A DNA stretch of 64,000 bases from the human T2T-CHM13v2.0 reference genome, Homo sapiens (GCF_009914755.1 NC_060929.1); one strand, 5' to 3'. Counted from the stretch's first letter, positions 23,735 to 45,883 are shown. Made by a program: numbers and translations. Notes: a model not told the origin generated them from the sequence alone.

Positions 23735-25700
23735 AGATAACTGGCTAGAAGTGCTTATCCCTCGCTTCCACCACGAAGAAGTACTAAAATAGCAAGTTAA
23801 TAATCACATGTTGAATAGAGTATCTAAGGGAGAACACTGGAATTTATCAGAGACATGACAAGCACACTCTGAGGCACAGACATGTGAGATCACAGCATAC
23901 AGAGGGAAATGAAGTAAAGCAGCCAGCCAGAATTCGCTTGGAGCCAAGAACGACTCCCCTTTGTAGAAAAAAAGAAAATGGGAGATCACCACCACATAAC
24001 CACTATAGGTGTCTGCAATCCTTAGCTACAAGAGAGCCCCTAAGACTTCACAAGTCCTGAGCCCAGTTTAAAGAGGTGCTTGGAGTTTATGTGGGTGCAC
24101 TGTGTCAGAGGGGGAATTTATACTGGGTCCCAACTCACAGTGGGACTCAAGATGCTATAGCATGGTGCCATTTTGCGAATGAAACCACTATGAGACTGAA
24201 TCCTGTTCTGAGACCCCAAAGCCCTCACATCTCCACATCCCTGGGTTTCCACTGACATCACCCTAAATCCACTCAGAGGGCTACAGCATCACAACACCAG
24301 CTGGACCCAGTGTTGCAGCCATGTCCCCAACACCTGAGCCCACTCAATACCCTACACCCCAGGGAACAGGCAGTCTAGCACATTACAGAGAGGGCCTCCA
24401 GGATATAGGGAGCTAATGTGCATGTTTTCTAAGTCCTGAGAGCCACCAGCCCAGGGCCACCACCACCAACAGTGATGCCCAGGGCCACAATTACCAACAG
24501 TAATCCTGACCACTGGAGGGGCCACTGCACAGCCAAGTATTCAATCTGCAGGCCCAAGGACTAGCCCTGCCAGGAACACCATGGTAACTGACACCACTGG
24601 TGTCTGTGCATACTGCACAGGGGCCTGTGGAACAGCCTGTCTGAGGTCACAGTCTTTACCTCTAGAGCCCATGCACACCAGCCAGGATCCCAAGGACTGG
24701 TCAGGCCATGCCACCACCAGCACTACCACAGCTGGCACCTGCATGTGTTGCTCAGGAGCCCAGGGAGTGGCCTATTCAAGGCCCAGTACTGCCACTACTG
24801 GTGCATGCATGATCCCCAGGTACCTGAGGTTCAGCCCAACCAGCATCCCTAGCTACAGCAAACCCTCACCACAGGCTTCACAAAAAACATCTGTCTAAGC
24901 TGCTGAGGAATTCACAGACACTGGTGACAGTGACTGGAGTCAAAAAAAAATATACAAAGACTACACACTGCAAATACCCAGAACTGAAGCCAAAGCATCC
25001 TACCCAACTTTCTCTATAAAAGTTAGTCTATATAATTGGAAGAAACAAATGTTACACCAAATGAGTAATGCAGAAACACAAGAAACAAGAAGAAGCAAGT
25101 AAATGTGACCACTTCAAAGGAACACCAGTAACAGACACCAAAGGAAAAAAAATGAATTAACTAAAAAGAAATTCAAAATGAAGATCTTAAAGGAACCCAG
25201 CAAGGTATAAGAGAATACATATTGATAATACAAAGAAATTGGAAAAACAAGAGTTTCAGAAGATGGAAAAAGCCAGAGAAAACATATTTAATACAATAAT
25301 ACCTGATGTATTCTGAAGTCTTGGGAGAGAAATAGACATCCAGATACAGGAAGCTCAACAATCTCCAAGAATATTCAACTCTAAAAGGTCTTCTCCGAGG
25401 CATGTTATACTCAAACTGTCAGAAGTGAAAGATAGAGAATTCTAAAAGCTGTAAACGAGAAGCAAAGTCATACACGAAGAAATCTCCAACAGATTAATAG
25501 TAGATTTCTCAGCAGAAACCTTACTGACCAAGAGAGAATGGATATGTTGAAAGTGCTAAAAGGAAAAAAAAGCCTACCACTGATAATACTATACCCAGCA
25601 AAGTTATATCTCAGAAATGAAGGAAAAATAGTACATCCTAGACAAGCAAATACTGAAACAAAATTATTATGTAATAATTAATGGATCAATTAAGCAAGAG
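23735..25700 (+). mobile_element. Old L1M 5'UTR and ORF1 remnant
   Basis: GC-richer 5'UTR with ccaccacc repeats; ORF1 motifs gacatccagatacaggaagctcaa, gatttctcagcagaaacctta, atacccagcaaagtta. Confidence 0.75.
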
Positions 25701-25732
25701 GCTATAATGATTACAAAGATATGCACACAACA

Positions 25733-27128
25733 CCAGAGCATGGTACTGGTACAAAACAGACACATAGACTGATGGAACAGAATAGAGAACTTAGAAATAA
25801 GACCATACATCTACAACCATCTGATCTTTGACAAACCTAATGAAATCAAGCAATGGGAAAAGGATTCCCTATTTAATAAATGGTGCTGGAAGAACTGGCT
25901 AGCCATATACGGAAAATTGAAACTGGAACCCTTCCTTACACCTTATACAAAATTTAGCTCAAGATGGATTAAAGACTTAAATGTAAAACCCAAAGCTGTA
26001 AAATCCCTAGAAGAAAATCTATGCCATACCATTGAAGACACAGGCATGGGCAAAGATTTCATGATGACATCACCAAAAGCAACTGCAACAAAAGCAAAAA
26101 CTGACAAATAGGATCTAATTAAAGAGCTTCTGCATGGCAAAAGAAACTATCATCTGAATGAAGAGAACCTACAGAATGGGAGAAAATTTTTGCAATCTAT
26201 CCATGTGATAAAGGTCTAATATCCAGAATCTACAAGAAACTTAAGCAAATTTACAAGAAAAAACAAACAACCTCATTAAAAAGTGGGCAAGGGACATGAA
26301 CAGACATTTCTCAAAAAAAGACATATGTGCAGCCGACAAACATTTGAAAAAAGCTCAACATCACCAATCATTAGAAAAATGCAAATCAAAACCGCCACAA
26401 GATACTATCTCATGCCGATCAGAATGGTGATTATTAAAAAGTCAAGAAATGACAGATGCTGGTGAGGTGGCAGAGAAATAGGAATGCTTATAGACTGTTG
26501 GTGGGAATGTAAATTACTTCAATCATTGTGGAAGACAGTATGGTGATTCCTCAAAGATCTAGAATCAGAAATACCATCTGACCCAGCAATCCCATTACTG
26601 AGTATATACCCAAAGGAATATAAATCATTCTATTACAAAGATGCATGCACGTGTATGTTCATTGCATTACTATTCAAAATAGTAGAGACATGGAATCAAC
26701 CAAAATGCCCATCAATGATAGACTGTATAAAGAAAATGTGGTACATACACACCATGGAATACTATGAAGCCATGAAAAGGAATGAGATCATGTCCTTTGC
26801 AGGGACATGGATGGAGCTGGAAGTCACTATCCTCAGTAAACCAACAGAAGAACAGAAAACTAAATACCACATGTTCTCACTTATAAGTGGGAGCTTAACA
26901 ATGAGAACACATGGACACAGGGAGGGAAGCAACACACACTAGGGCCTATCGGGGGATGGCAGGCTGGGGGAAGAGCATTAAGGAAAAGAATTAATGTATC
27001 TGGACTTAATACCCAGGTGATGCGTCGATAGGTGTAGCAAACCACCATGGCACATGTTTATCTATGTGACAAACCTGCACATCCTGTACATGTTCCCCAG
27101 AACTTAAAAAAATAAAATAAAATAAAAA
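25733..27128 (+). mobile_element. L1PA (mid-age) 3' fragment with poly(A)
   Basis: gcatggtactggtacaaaac...acctgcacatcctgtacatgttccccagaacttaaaa followed by an A tail. Confidence 0.92.
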
Positions 27129-27429
27129 ACAAATTCAATTAAATGTTTAAAATATGTATCTAAAATGATCATTTACAGAGATGTTGAAATTATTGTTGTG
27201 GACAAAATATACCATGCATATATTAAACAAACAAAAGTGTTAGTTTACTTAAATTAATACAAGACAAAATAGAATTTAAAGCAAAAAATTACTAGAGTTT
27301 AACAGGGTCACTTTATAATAACTAAAGTTTCAATTTACCTAGCATTCTTAAGAAATCTAAATTTCTATGTACTTAAGAATGGGGTCTCAAAAATGAAGAA
27401 AATATTTGCAGATCTATAAGGATAAATAG

Positions 27430-28565
27430 AAAAAATAATCAACAAACCCTTAGCTAGACTAACTAAGGAAAAAAGGAGATGAGTCAAATAGATAAAATCA
27501 AAAATAAATGTAGAGAAATTAAAATGGACACCTCAGCCGCAGAAAGGATTGCAAGGAACTACTATGAACAGTTAAATGCCAACAAATTTGATAACCTAGA
27601 AAAAATAGTCAAATTTCTAGAAAAATACAACTTCCCAAGATTAAATCGGGAAGAAAGAGAAAGCCTGACCAGACTAACAACAAAGAGATTGAAGTAGTAA
27701 ATAAGAACCTCTCAGCAAAGAGGACCAGATCATTTTACAGATGAATTGTATCAAACTTTCAAAGAAGAAAGTATACTAATACTTTTCCTCATCCAAAATA
27801 TAGAGCCAGAGAGAATACTCTCAAACAAATTTTACAATGCCAGCATCATCTTGATACCTAATCCAGACAAAGACAACACAAGATGAGAAGCCTACAAGCC
27901 AATTTATCTGATGGACATGGATGGAAAAATACTCAATAAAATGTTAGCAAATCAAATTTAACAATACATCCAAAAGATTATATATCATGATCAAGTAGGA
28001 TGTATCCCTGGCATGCAAGGAAGGCTGGTTTAACACATGCACATCAATCAATGTGATGCATCACACTAACAGACTAAAAGACAAAAACACATAGTCAATA
28101 AATTGATGCAGAAAAAAATTCAACAAAGTTTAATATCATTTCTTGATGAAAACTCTTAACAGTTTAGGTACAGAATAAAAGTTCCTCAATATAATAAAGC
28201 CCATTTATGGAAAAACTCACAGCTAACATCAGAATCAATGATGGGAAACTGAAAGCGTTTTCTTTAAGATCTGCAGGGCCTGGATGCCCACTCTTGCCAC
28301 TTTTATTCAACACAGTTAAGGAAGTACTACCAACAGAAGTTAGGCAAGAAACAAAATTAATCGTATCCATATCAGAAAGGAAGAAATAACATTACCTCTA
28401 TTCGCAGATGACATGGTCCTATATGTAGAAAACCCCAAAGACTCCATCACAAAACTTTTAGATCCAATAAATGAATTCAGTAAATTTGCGGGATAAAAAA
28501 TCAACATATAAAAATTCATAGCATTTCTATATACACAAGACAACCTACGTGAAAAAGATATCAAT
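27430..28565 (+). mobile_element. L1MA-type ORF2 (RT) remnant
   Basis: ORF track NYYEQLNANKFDNLE, GCPLLPLLFN; ttcgcagatgacatg (FADD). Confidence 0.85.
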
Positions 28566-31500
28566 TTTATATATTTAGGCTAACGTATTTTATATATTTT
28601 ATAAATTATATATATTTATATATATAACGTATTTTATATATATTATATATCACATAATATATTATATAGTATATATAATTACTATATAATATATATAATA
28701 TATATAATATATATTATATAATATATATTATATATTGTATATATAATATATTACATAATATATATTGTATATTATATATAATATATTATATAATATATAT
28801 TATATATTATTTATAATATATATAATAATATATATATAATATATTATACATATTATATATATTATATGATATATATTATATATAATATATATCATATATA
28901 TTATATTATATATATCATATAATATATATAATATGTATAATATATTATATATAATATAATATAATATATATAATATTATTATATATAATATATATAATAT
29001 ATTATATTATACATAATATATTATAATATATTATCATATAATTTATGTTATATTATAATATAATATAATACATTTTAATATAATATATTATATATTTTAT
29101 ATTATGTATTATAATATAATATATTTTATATTTTATATTATATATTATAATATAATATATTATGTATTTTATATTATACATTATAATATAATATATTATA
29201 TATATTATATTATATATTATAATATGTGTTATATATTATAATATAATATATTATATTATACATTATATTATAATAATATTATATATTATAATATAATATA
29301 TTATATAATATATTATAATATAATATATTATATTATATATTATAATATAATGTATTATATTATATATTATAATATAATATATTATATTATAATATATAAT
29401 ATAATGTATTATATTATATATTATAATATAATATATTATATATTTTATTATAATATAATATAATATATTATATATTTTATATTATATATTATATAATATA
29501 ATATATTATATATTTTATATTATATATTATATAATATAAAATATATATTAAATATTATATAATATAAAATATATATTAAATATTATATAATATATAATAT
29601 ATTAAATATAATATATAAGATATATATTATATAAGATATTATATAATATATAAGATATTATATATAATATATAAGATATTATATATAATATATAAGATAG
29701 ATATATATACATATAATATAAGATATATATTATATATAATATCTTATATATTATATAATGTATAAGATATATATTATATATAATATCTTATATATTATAT
29801 AATGTATAAGATATATATTATATATATCTTATATATTATATAATGTATAAAATATATATTATATATAATATCTTATATATTATATAATGTATAAGATATA
29901 TATTATATATAATATCTTATATATTATATAATGTATAAGATATATATTATATATAATATCTTATATATTATATAATGTATAAGATATATATTATATATAA
30001 TATCTTATATATTATATGATATATCATATATTTTATATATAATACGATATATCATATATTTTATATATATTATACGATATATAATATACATTTTATATAT
30101 ATTATACGATATATAATATACATTTTATATATATTATACGATATATAATATACATTTTATATATATTATACGATGTATAATATACATTTTATATATATTA
30201 TACGATATATAATATACATTTTATATATATTATACGATATATAATATACATTTTATATATATTATACGATATATAATATACATTTTATATATATTATACG
30301 ATATATAATATACATTTTATATATATTATACGATATATAATATACATTTTATATATATTATACGATATATAATATACATTTTATATATATTATACGATAT
30401 ACAATATATTTTATATATATTATACGATATACAATATATTTTATATATATTATACGATATACAATATATTTTATATATATTATACGATATACAATATATT
30501 TTATATATATTATACGATATATAATATATATTTTATATATTATACGATATATAATATAATATATAATATATATTGTATATATATTATATATAATATATAT
30601 AATATATATTTTATATATATTATATATAATATATATAATATATATATTAGATATATTATATATATAATATATACATTAGATATATATTATATATATAAAA
30701 TATATATAATATTTATAATATATATATTATATATAAAATATATCTAATATATATTATATATAAAATATATAAAATATATATAATATATATATTATATATA
30801 TAAAATATATATATTATATATGTTTATATATTATATATAATATATATTTTATATATATAATATATAATATATATAATATAATATATAATATATAATATAT
30901 ATAATATAATATATAATATATAATATATATTATATATATTATATATATAATATATATAATATAATATATAATATATATTTTATATATTTTATATATATTA
31001 TAAGATATATAATATATATTTTATATATATTTATATATAATATAATATAAAATATATATTTTATATATATTTCATATATTTATATATAATATAATATATA
31101 ATATATATTTTATATATATTTTATATATATTATATAATATATAATATATTTTACATATATATTATATAATATATAATATATTTTACATATATATTATATA
31201 CTATATATTATATATTTTATATATATTATATATATTTTTACAATATAGATAATATATTTTATATACACTATATATACACTAAATATATATATAGATAATA
31301 TATTTATATTTAATATATATAATATGTATATTACATAATATATATAGTATATATAATATGTATATTATATATTATATATAATATATATATAGTGTATATT
31401 ATATAGTATATATTATATATAATATATAAATATAATACATATAATATATATAATATATAATATATAATACATATAATATATATAATATATAATATATAAT

Positions 31501-31600
31501 ACATATAATACATAGAATATATATAATATATAATATAATATATAATATATATATTATATATATTATCTGTATATTATATATATTATATACAAAATATGTG
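28566..31600. repeat. ~3 kb AT-rich low-complexity array with embedded minisatellites
   Basis: Almost entirely A/T; 44-bp unit x~7 (~29716-30015), 32-bp unit x10 (30075-30394), 30-bp unit x4 (30395-30514). Confidence 0.97.
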
Positions 31601-32215
31601 TATAGAATAGAATATTATTCAGCCTTAAAAAAAACCACCTGCCCTTTGCCACAATATACATGGACCTCGAGGACATTAGGCTAAATGATATAAGACATAG
31701 AAAGGAAAATATTGCATGATATCACTTATACGTGGAATTTTTTTTTTCCAAAAAGACCAAATATAGAGAAATAGATAATAAAACAGCATTTATGGGGTCA
31801 AGTAAATAGTGACTTGCAGGTAAAAGAATACAAATTAGCAAACATGTATGATGAAAAAGTCAAAAGGTATAATTTGTAACATGAGAACTATAGTTATTAA
31901 GAGCATAATGTATTCAGAATTTTTGCTAAATAAGTAGATTATAGCTGCTCTTGCCACTGGGGCAAATGGATAACTATGTGAGATGAAGAATATGTTAATT
32001 TATTCCACTATAATAATTATATATACATATAAAATATATACATATAAAATATATACATATAAAATAAATACATAAATACATATATACAAATAAATACATA
32101 TATACATATAAAATATATATAACATATATACATATATATTTTATAACACCATGTTGCATACCTTAAATATATCAATAAAATTTATTTTACACAATAAATA
32201 CAAGAATGAAAATAA
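31600..32215 (+). mobile_element. L1MA (MA8/9-like) 3' end
   Basis: gaatattattcagccttaaaa...tggacctcgaggacatt...taactatgtgagatg...accttaaatatatcaataaaa. Confidence 0.85.
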
Positions 32216-32713
32216 ATGAAGTCTTACTTTCCTTGAAATCTTAGAAAAGACCATGAAAGTAAATAGTAAAAAAGAATTTAAAAAATGTAAAAGTACAAAA
32301 TGATAAGACAGAAAATAAAAAGAGGTAACAAGAAATTAACTTTCTTTTTTTTAAGGGCACAGTATATAAATCACTGGCTAAGTTGATCAAGCAAAACAGA
32401 AAGCACAAGTATTTGAAACAGGAAACGACAAAGAACCATTTCAACAAAAGTTGTATGTGTGTTTTTTAAATCATAAGGGACTACTTTGTGGAGTTCTAGG
32501 CAAATAAATTGGAAAACCTACATGAAGTAAATAATTTTCTAAGAAAATAAAGCCTACCAAAACTAACTTCATTTAAGGTATATAGCTTCTAAAATAATTT
32601 CCATAGGAAAAATAGAGAACTTTATTGAAGAGCTTCATATAAAAATGCCAAACGGAGACATCTTTCAGGGTAATTTTAATGGACTTCAAAAAGCCATGTA
32701 CTTTCAATGCTCT

Positions 32714-32871
32714 ATGTTCCCCACCCTATGTCCATGTGTTCTCATTGTTCAACTCCCACCAGTGGGTGAGAGCATGCATGTTTGGTTTTCTGTCCTTGTG
32801 ATAGTTTGCTGAGAATGATGGTTTCCAGCTTTATCCATGTCCCTGCAAAGGACATGAACTCATCCTTTTTT
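32714..32871 (-). mobile_element. 158-bp tail-less L1PA 3' fragment
   Basis: atgttcccc...gttctcattgttcaactcccac...ggacatgaactcatcctttttt. Confidence 0.9.
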
Positions 32872-32951
32872 CAGTGTTGAAAATAAAGAAAAAGTTCTTA
32901 TTTCTTTTATGAACTAAATACAACATTAATAACTAAACCTAATAAAGATAA

Positions 32952-33217
32952 TTTTTTTAAGATGGAGTCTCACTCTGTTGCTCAGGGTGGAGTGCAGTGG
33001 CATGCTCTCAGTTCACTGCAACCTCGCCTCCCGCATTCAAGCGATTCTCCCACCTTAGCCCCCTGGTAGCTGAGATTACAGGTGCACGCCACCACATCCA
33101 GCTAGTTTTTGTATTTTTAGTAGAGACAGGGTTTTACCATGTTGGCCAGGCTGGTCTTGAACTCCTGACCTCAGGTAATCTGCCCACCTTGGCCTCCCAA
33201 AGTGCTGCGATTACAGG
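32952..33217 (-). mobile_element. AluS, slightly 5'-truncated, short tail
   Basis: Alu body; TSD cct(a/g)ataaagataatttt at 32938 and 33218. Confidence 0.95.
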
Positions 33218-33891
33218 CCTGATAAAGATAATTTTAAAAACAAAAGCTATGGACAAATACCTGTTATGACTATTGTCACAAAATTATAAAATAAAATATT
33301 ACTAAGCAGAATATATCCCACATTTAATAAATTGGACATCATGACCAAATAAAATCTATCCCTAAAATGCACGGTTTGTTCAATTTTAGGACATGAATTA
33401 TTAGCATATCCCATATTAATAGTTCTAAGGCAAAAAATGCATATGATTATCTTTGTAGGTGGTGAAATAGCCTTTAACAAAATTCAATGACCATTCTTAA
33501 AAGAAGAATTCAAGAAAACAGAAATTGATATTTTCTTAAGATAAATACATATATACATATAAGTACAATAGTGTATAGTAAAGTATTGTACTAGTAAAGT
33601 ATTTAATATTTTACTAGATCTATTAGCCAATGCAATAGACAGGATAATATCAGAGGAATAATAATTGGTAGAGAAGAAATAAAACCATCTCTATTTGCAG
33701 AAGATATGGTAATATATCTCAAAAACCTAAAAAAAAAGGATAACACTTAAACAATAAAAGAATTCAGTGAAGTAGCTGGGTATAAAATTAACATGTAGAA
33801 AGCAATATGTTCTATACACATAATCATGAAGCAATCAGAGAACATATTGTAGAGCTAACCCTTTTTATAATAACAACAAAAAGATTAAATT

Positions 33892-37670
<3,779 letters not shown>

Positions 37671-37713
37671 CAAAAAGATTCAATTCTTAAAAATAAACAA
37701 CAAAAATGTGTAA

Positions 37714-39454
<1,741 letters not shown>

Positions 39455-42400
39455 TTGAAAAATAGTTTTAAATAAATGGAAAGTTATCTCATATTCTAGT
39501 ATAGAATGAATCAAAACTACCAGGAAATATTTTCTTCCTACCTTAATTTTAAAATTTATAAAATGCAATCCTAATTTTAAAAAATCAACAAGCTTTTTAT
39601 ACAGTTACACAAGCTGATGTTAATTTATACAAAAAATGTAAGAAGATTCAGGAAAGCATTGATAATAAAATTTATGAGACAAGGCTGTTTGCTAAATATT
39701 AAAACATACTTTAAAGTTTTTCTAATTAAGACAGTGCCCTACTGGCTTTTGAATAGACACATGGACTAGATGAAGGAATAGAAAATGCAGAAATTGATGC
39801 AAGTACCTGTAAAAACAGCATATGATGAGGTTTTATCTCAAATTACTGAGATAAACATTGACTTTTTAATAAGTGATGCTGGTACAGCAACATAGCCATT
39901 TGGAAAGAGAAAAAATAATACTCATATTTTATACTATGCACAAAAATAAACTTTAGATGGATCAGGATTATAAATGTAAAAACAAAAACAAAACCATAGA
40001 CATACTAGAAGAAAACATGCACAAATTCCTTGTTAACCTCACTCTGAGGAAAGAATATCTAACTATGATTTAAAATCTAGAAGCAATACAATAAAAGACT
40101 GATAAATTTGACTAGATTTATGATATTATGACCAAAAATATTATAGACAAATTCAAAAGAAAACTAACTAGAGAAAAGTGCAATTTATACTATATACAAA
40201 GTATCCCTAAAATAAAAATCACTCTTAAAAGGCAAAAGACCAGAAACTCAATAGAAAAAAAAATGGAAAAAAAATACATAAACAGTAGACTCATGAGAAT
40301 ATAAAAATGTTCCTTAAAAATATAAAAATGTGGTAGGCTCACTCATAATTTGAGAACTAAAAATTACTACTCTGAGATAGCATTTCTCAACTACTAGATT
40401 GATAAAAATTTCAAAATATGACAATACTCTCATTCATTGCTTTGGAAATGCAGAGCTGAACCCTCCTCAAGTAACTTTTGCAGTACCTAACAAAACTATA
40501 TATGCACTTACTCTTTGAACCAGAAATCTCTCTTCTAGAAATATACCCTGAAGGTATCCTTCAGCAATGTAAAATTAAATATGCTCTAGATTATTTATTA
40601 CAGCATTATCCATAATTGCAAAATATTGGACATAACCTAAATGCTCACACCTAAGATAATTTAAATGAACTATGATACATTCACAGGATGAAGTAATATG
40701 AGGCTGTCAAAAGAATAAAGAAGATCCTTGTGAACTAATATGAAATGTTTTCCCGCGTATATTTTTTAGTGTAAAAGTAACATTCAGATAAGAATCTATT
40801 ATACTATACCTTTCATATAAATTAAAGGAGTGGATATATGAAAATCTATGTGCACAAAGATAAATACAAGGAAGACAGATCAGATTTTAACAAGATTTAT
40901 TATCTACAGCAGGTAGGTAAAAATGAGTGAAAAGAATGGGGAAATGCAAATGAAGTGGAAGGAAAAAAGAGGCATGACCTTTTTCTGAGTGTAATGTTTT
41001 GCACAGTTCTTATTCTTAGAACTAACCATATTAATGTTTCACATTTCCTTAAAACAAATTAATGAAAATCAAAAAAGATGATTGAGTGGCCCAAAACATG
41101 ATACAAATGGTAACAATTAAACCTACCTAGATTTATATTAAATGAATAACATAACCACACAGACTGGGATGGGAAAGGAAATACTTAAACTAAGTAACTT
41201 TGGAGAACAATATTTAGACTACTGTTTATGGGAAGGATAAAGACAAAAAATTTGTACACAAATATTGTACTACATTTGGTAAATTTGTTTTTCTACAGCG
41301 TTCTAGGTTAACAATTTTGAAACTACTTTATGTGAGTTGTAGGATAGAGCAAATATGTAAATATGTTGTAGTTGATAAGAGTTAAGTTTCAGTCAGAAAA
41401 AGGAATTATAAATAATAAGAAGGCTGTGATTAGAATCAGAGGTGTCAGTATAAATGCATCTTTTTAAATATGTATTTTTAAAGATGGATACAGAAATAGA
41501 TGTAGTTGTGTATCTATATACAAACAAACATTTTTGGACCCTCCTCTGATGAGTGGGACTAAAGGCAATGAAACCCCAGTAGCAATAAGTACACCTGGCA
41601 CATACTAGCACCAAAGATACCTAGGAGAAATGGCTGATTACATTGTTTAGGCAGGGAAAGTGCAATATGAACCTGAAATATCTTGTGGGACAGAAAATAT
41701 AATTTTTTTCTATTGATGGAGACAGGATGAAAAGACACAAGAGTCAGCCTGATGAAGCTCCCAACAGTCAAGCTTGGAAGAATTTGAGTAAAAAAAATAG
41801 TGGTAGCAATGAATTATAACTCATAGAATAAAATAAATACCCATGAGTCCATGGTGAAATAAGTAAGTCAATAAATAACTGGGAGACAAGGGACCGCTCT
41901 TCCTTTTGGTAAAATTCCAGTTCAAAAATATAGAAAAAATGGCCCAGGTGTGGTGGCTCATGCCTGCAATCCCAGTGCTTTGGGTGGCTGAGGTGGGCAG
42001 ATTGTTTGAGGCCAGGAGTTCAAGAACAGCCTGGACAACACAGGGAGACCCTATCTCTACAAAAAATAATTTTAAAAACTTAGCTGGGTGTGGTGATATG
42101 CACCTGTAGTCCTAGCTACTTGGGAGGCTGAGGTAGGAGGATCACATGGGCCCAGTAGTTTGAGGCTATAAGCTATGATCACACCACCGCACTCCAGATA
42201 GGGTGACAGAGCAAGAACCTGCCTTGAAAGTAATTTAATAAATAAATAAATAAAGTTAAAAGATGAAATGATGGAAATAGAAAAATCACTATTTGGCAGA
42301 CACCATAGTAACAATTACTACAGACAAGAATCATCAGCAAATGCTAAATTAGTGGGCTAAACTATCATGAGAAACAAAACATTTGCATAGTCCTAAAGTA

Positions 42401-43000
42401 TCTCCCCAAAAGATACTTATTAACTACAGAGGAGAATAAAAGGCAACATTACCATGCAGAAACCTTGCAGATATCACCTTCAACAAATGATTAATGCTAA
42501 CATCACAAGTGATGACATATCCATATCATGTACCTTGCAGTATAATATACTTAGAAGGACAGAATATCTTTTCTGTGGTAGTCTCCTCAAAAATTCATCA
42601 ACCAATCTAAGCATGAGAGATTTTCAGGCAAACTCAACTTGAAGGACACTGTACAAAATAACTCCTCAGTACACTTCAAAACTATCAAGGTTATAATAAA
42701 TAAATAAAGATTAATAAACTGTTCCAGATTCAAGGAGATTGAGGCCTAATAATTTTAATAACAATGTGAAACACTGGATCCTGAACCAGAAAAAATATAC
42801 ATTGGGACAATTTGAAAAATTTGAATATGGTCTCTTGATAATATGCATCAGTGTAAATATCCTGGTTTTGATAATTATTCCAAGGTTATACAAGATGTAA
42901 AGACTTGAGGAAGCTAGATGAAGACTATCTGAGAACTACATGTATTTCTTTTTTGCAGCTTTCTTTATAGGTCTAAAGGTATTGTTAAATTTAAGTTAAA
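39455..43000 (+). mobile_element. Ancient L1M (L1MC/MD-like) ORF2 end and long 3'UTR
   Basis: Degenerate L1 motifs (aaaataaactttagatggatcagg, gaaccagaaatctctcttctagaaatatac, ggatcctgaaccagaaaaa...ggacaatttg). Confidence 0.7.
41941..42253 (+). mobile_element. AluJ
   Basis: Diverged Alu with J-type features (gaggccaggagttc, gggaggatcac, gctatgatc) and (TAAA)n tail. Confidence 0.9.
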
Positions 43001-43156
43001 AAATATACATATTCACCTTTTGTCCCTTTTCTCCTCTGTATTAAATTAAGCTGTAACTTTTCATTCATATAGTCAATTAAGTTGTAATATGAACAAAGTG
43101 GTGGTGAGACAGAACTAAAAGTGTTATTATGGTAATGTCAAAATTTTACTTTGGAA

Positions 43157-43253
43157 AATGCTATATAAATGTTTCTGTACTTTTGATTAAAATTAAAAAC
43201 AATTAATGCTATATAAATGTTTCTGCACTTTTGGATTAAAATTAAACACAATT
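43157..43253. repeat. 48-bp tandem duplication
   Basis: aatgctatataaatgtttctg(t/c)acttttg(g)attaaaattaaa(a/c)acaatt x2. Confidence 0.9.
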
Positions 43254-43669
43254 ACACTTTTCTAGGAAAACCCAGCAGCTACTTTGATTTTTGTCTCTTG
43301 CCAAGCTTAAGATATCAAATGACTTTCATCTTGGTAATAAAATGCATGCAAATATCATTAAAAGGAAATGCACATATAGTAAATTTGCAGCTGTGTCTAT
43401 TCAAAGATTTCTTCACAGTGGCCTGGGATTATTTTACTGTTATTACTCTCCTTTAAATAATTCGAAGATGATGTAATTTTAACCTTTTATCCTCCTGGTA
43501 TTTCAGATTAATTAGAACATGTTCATGGAAATAATTTTTTATTACATGTTCTTTAAATCAAGTTCCTACACATTCAAAGTATTTAAAGTATTTAATTTTT
43601 TAATGCCATTAACCATTTAGCAATATTTATTTCTAATTAAAAAGTAAAAATTCTTGTCATTGATGCAGA

Positions 43670-44973
<1,304 letters not shown>

Positions 44974-45843
44974 AAAATTATTTTTTTCTAACAAAGGAGG
45001 TTAGAAATTTAGTTTTTATTAAACATATCTGACTAGTTTTCCACATATGATTAAATAATGCAATTCTACTTCAATGATTTGAATTGTGACTTCTATATTT
45101 TTATCTTATATAAATTATAATATGTATTTTTCTGTTTCTAATATTCATTCTAATCAATTAATTTGGTGGCTGTTCTTATATGACTATTTGAGCATTTTAA
45201 TTTTTATTATTTAAGACTTTATATTAATATCTTCTATTCCAAATTCTTCCTCATTAGAATTCTTCTAAAAATCTCTTTCATGGCTATAATTTTAACTGTT
45301 GCTTAGAATCACTGATCCAATTCTACCACCACCCACTTCTACTCCTTCACACTTCTCTCCATCTACAGATGACCCAAGGATTGAATTGAATTTATATAGA
45401 GACTCTTTAGAAGGATGAGGAATGTTGTTCCCTTTATTTACCTTCTTTTATGTTTTTCAGTTCATTTTAAAATTTTCTGCAGATTATCTTCTAATTGTGT
45501 TACGTATGTTCTTATTGTGATATTTGCTATTGTTCTACTTTGTAATTTTATATCACAGTTTATAATAGTTGTTGTAGGCGTATTAAAAATTTATTGACAT
45601 ATATTTATTGTATATGCAGCCGCCATACTAAACTCATAGTTTTTAGCGTATTATTTACTTATTCTGTGTATTTTGTCACAAACAAATAACATTACTGAAT
45701 CCTCCTTTCCAATGCCTATAACTTTTAGTGATCTTATCTATTGGCAATAGCTAGCATTTCAAGAAAAAAAGTTAAATAAAAATAGTAGTATTGACAACTT
45801 CTGTGTTTTTAAAATTTATTATTCCATCAATATTTCCCCAGTG

Positions 45844-45845
<2 letters not shown>

Positions 45846-45881
<36 letters not shown>
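45846..45881. repeat. (TG)n microsatellite
   Basis: ~17-18 TG units. Confidence 0.97.

Positions 45882-45883
<2 letters not shown>

Larger units (their letters stand above)
32215..33876 (+). mobile_element. Ancient L1M ORF2 remnant (host of later insertions; continues at 37686-37750 and 39455 onward)
   Basis: aaataaattggaaaacctacatgaa, ctatttgcagaagatatg, gaattcagtgaagtagctgggtataaaatt. Confidence 0.75.

Noticed and set aside
30075-30514. Regular 30-32-bp repeats superficially like a CRISPR array
   Set aside because: Head-to-tail minisatellite with no unique spacers, in a eukaryotic context with no cas genes
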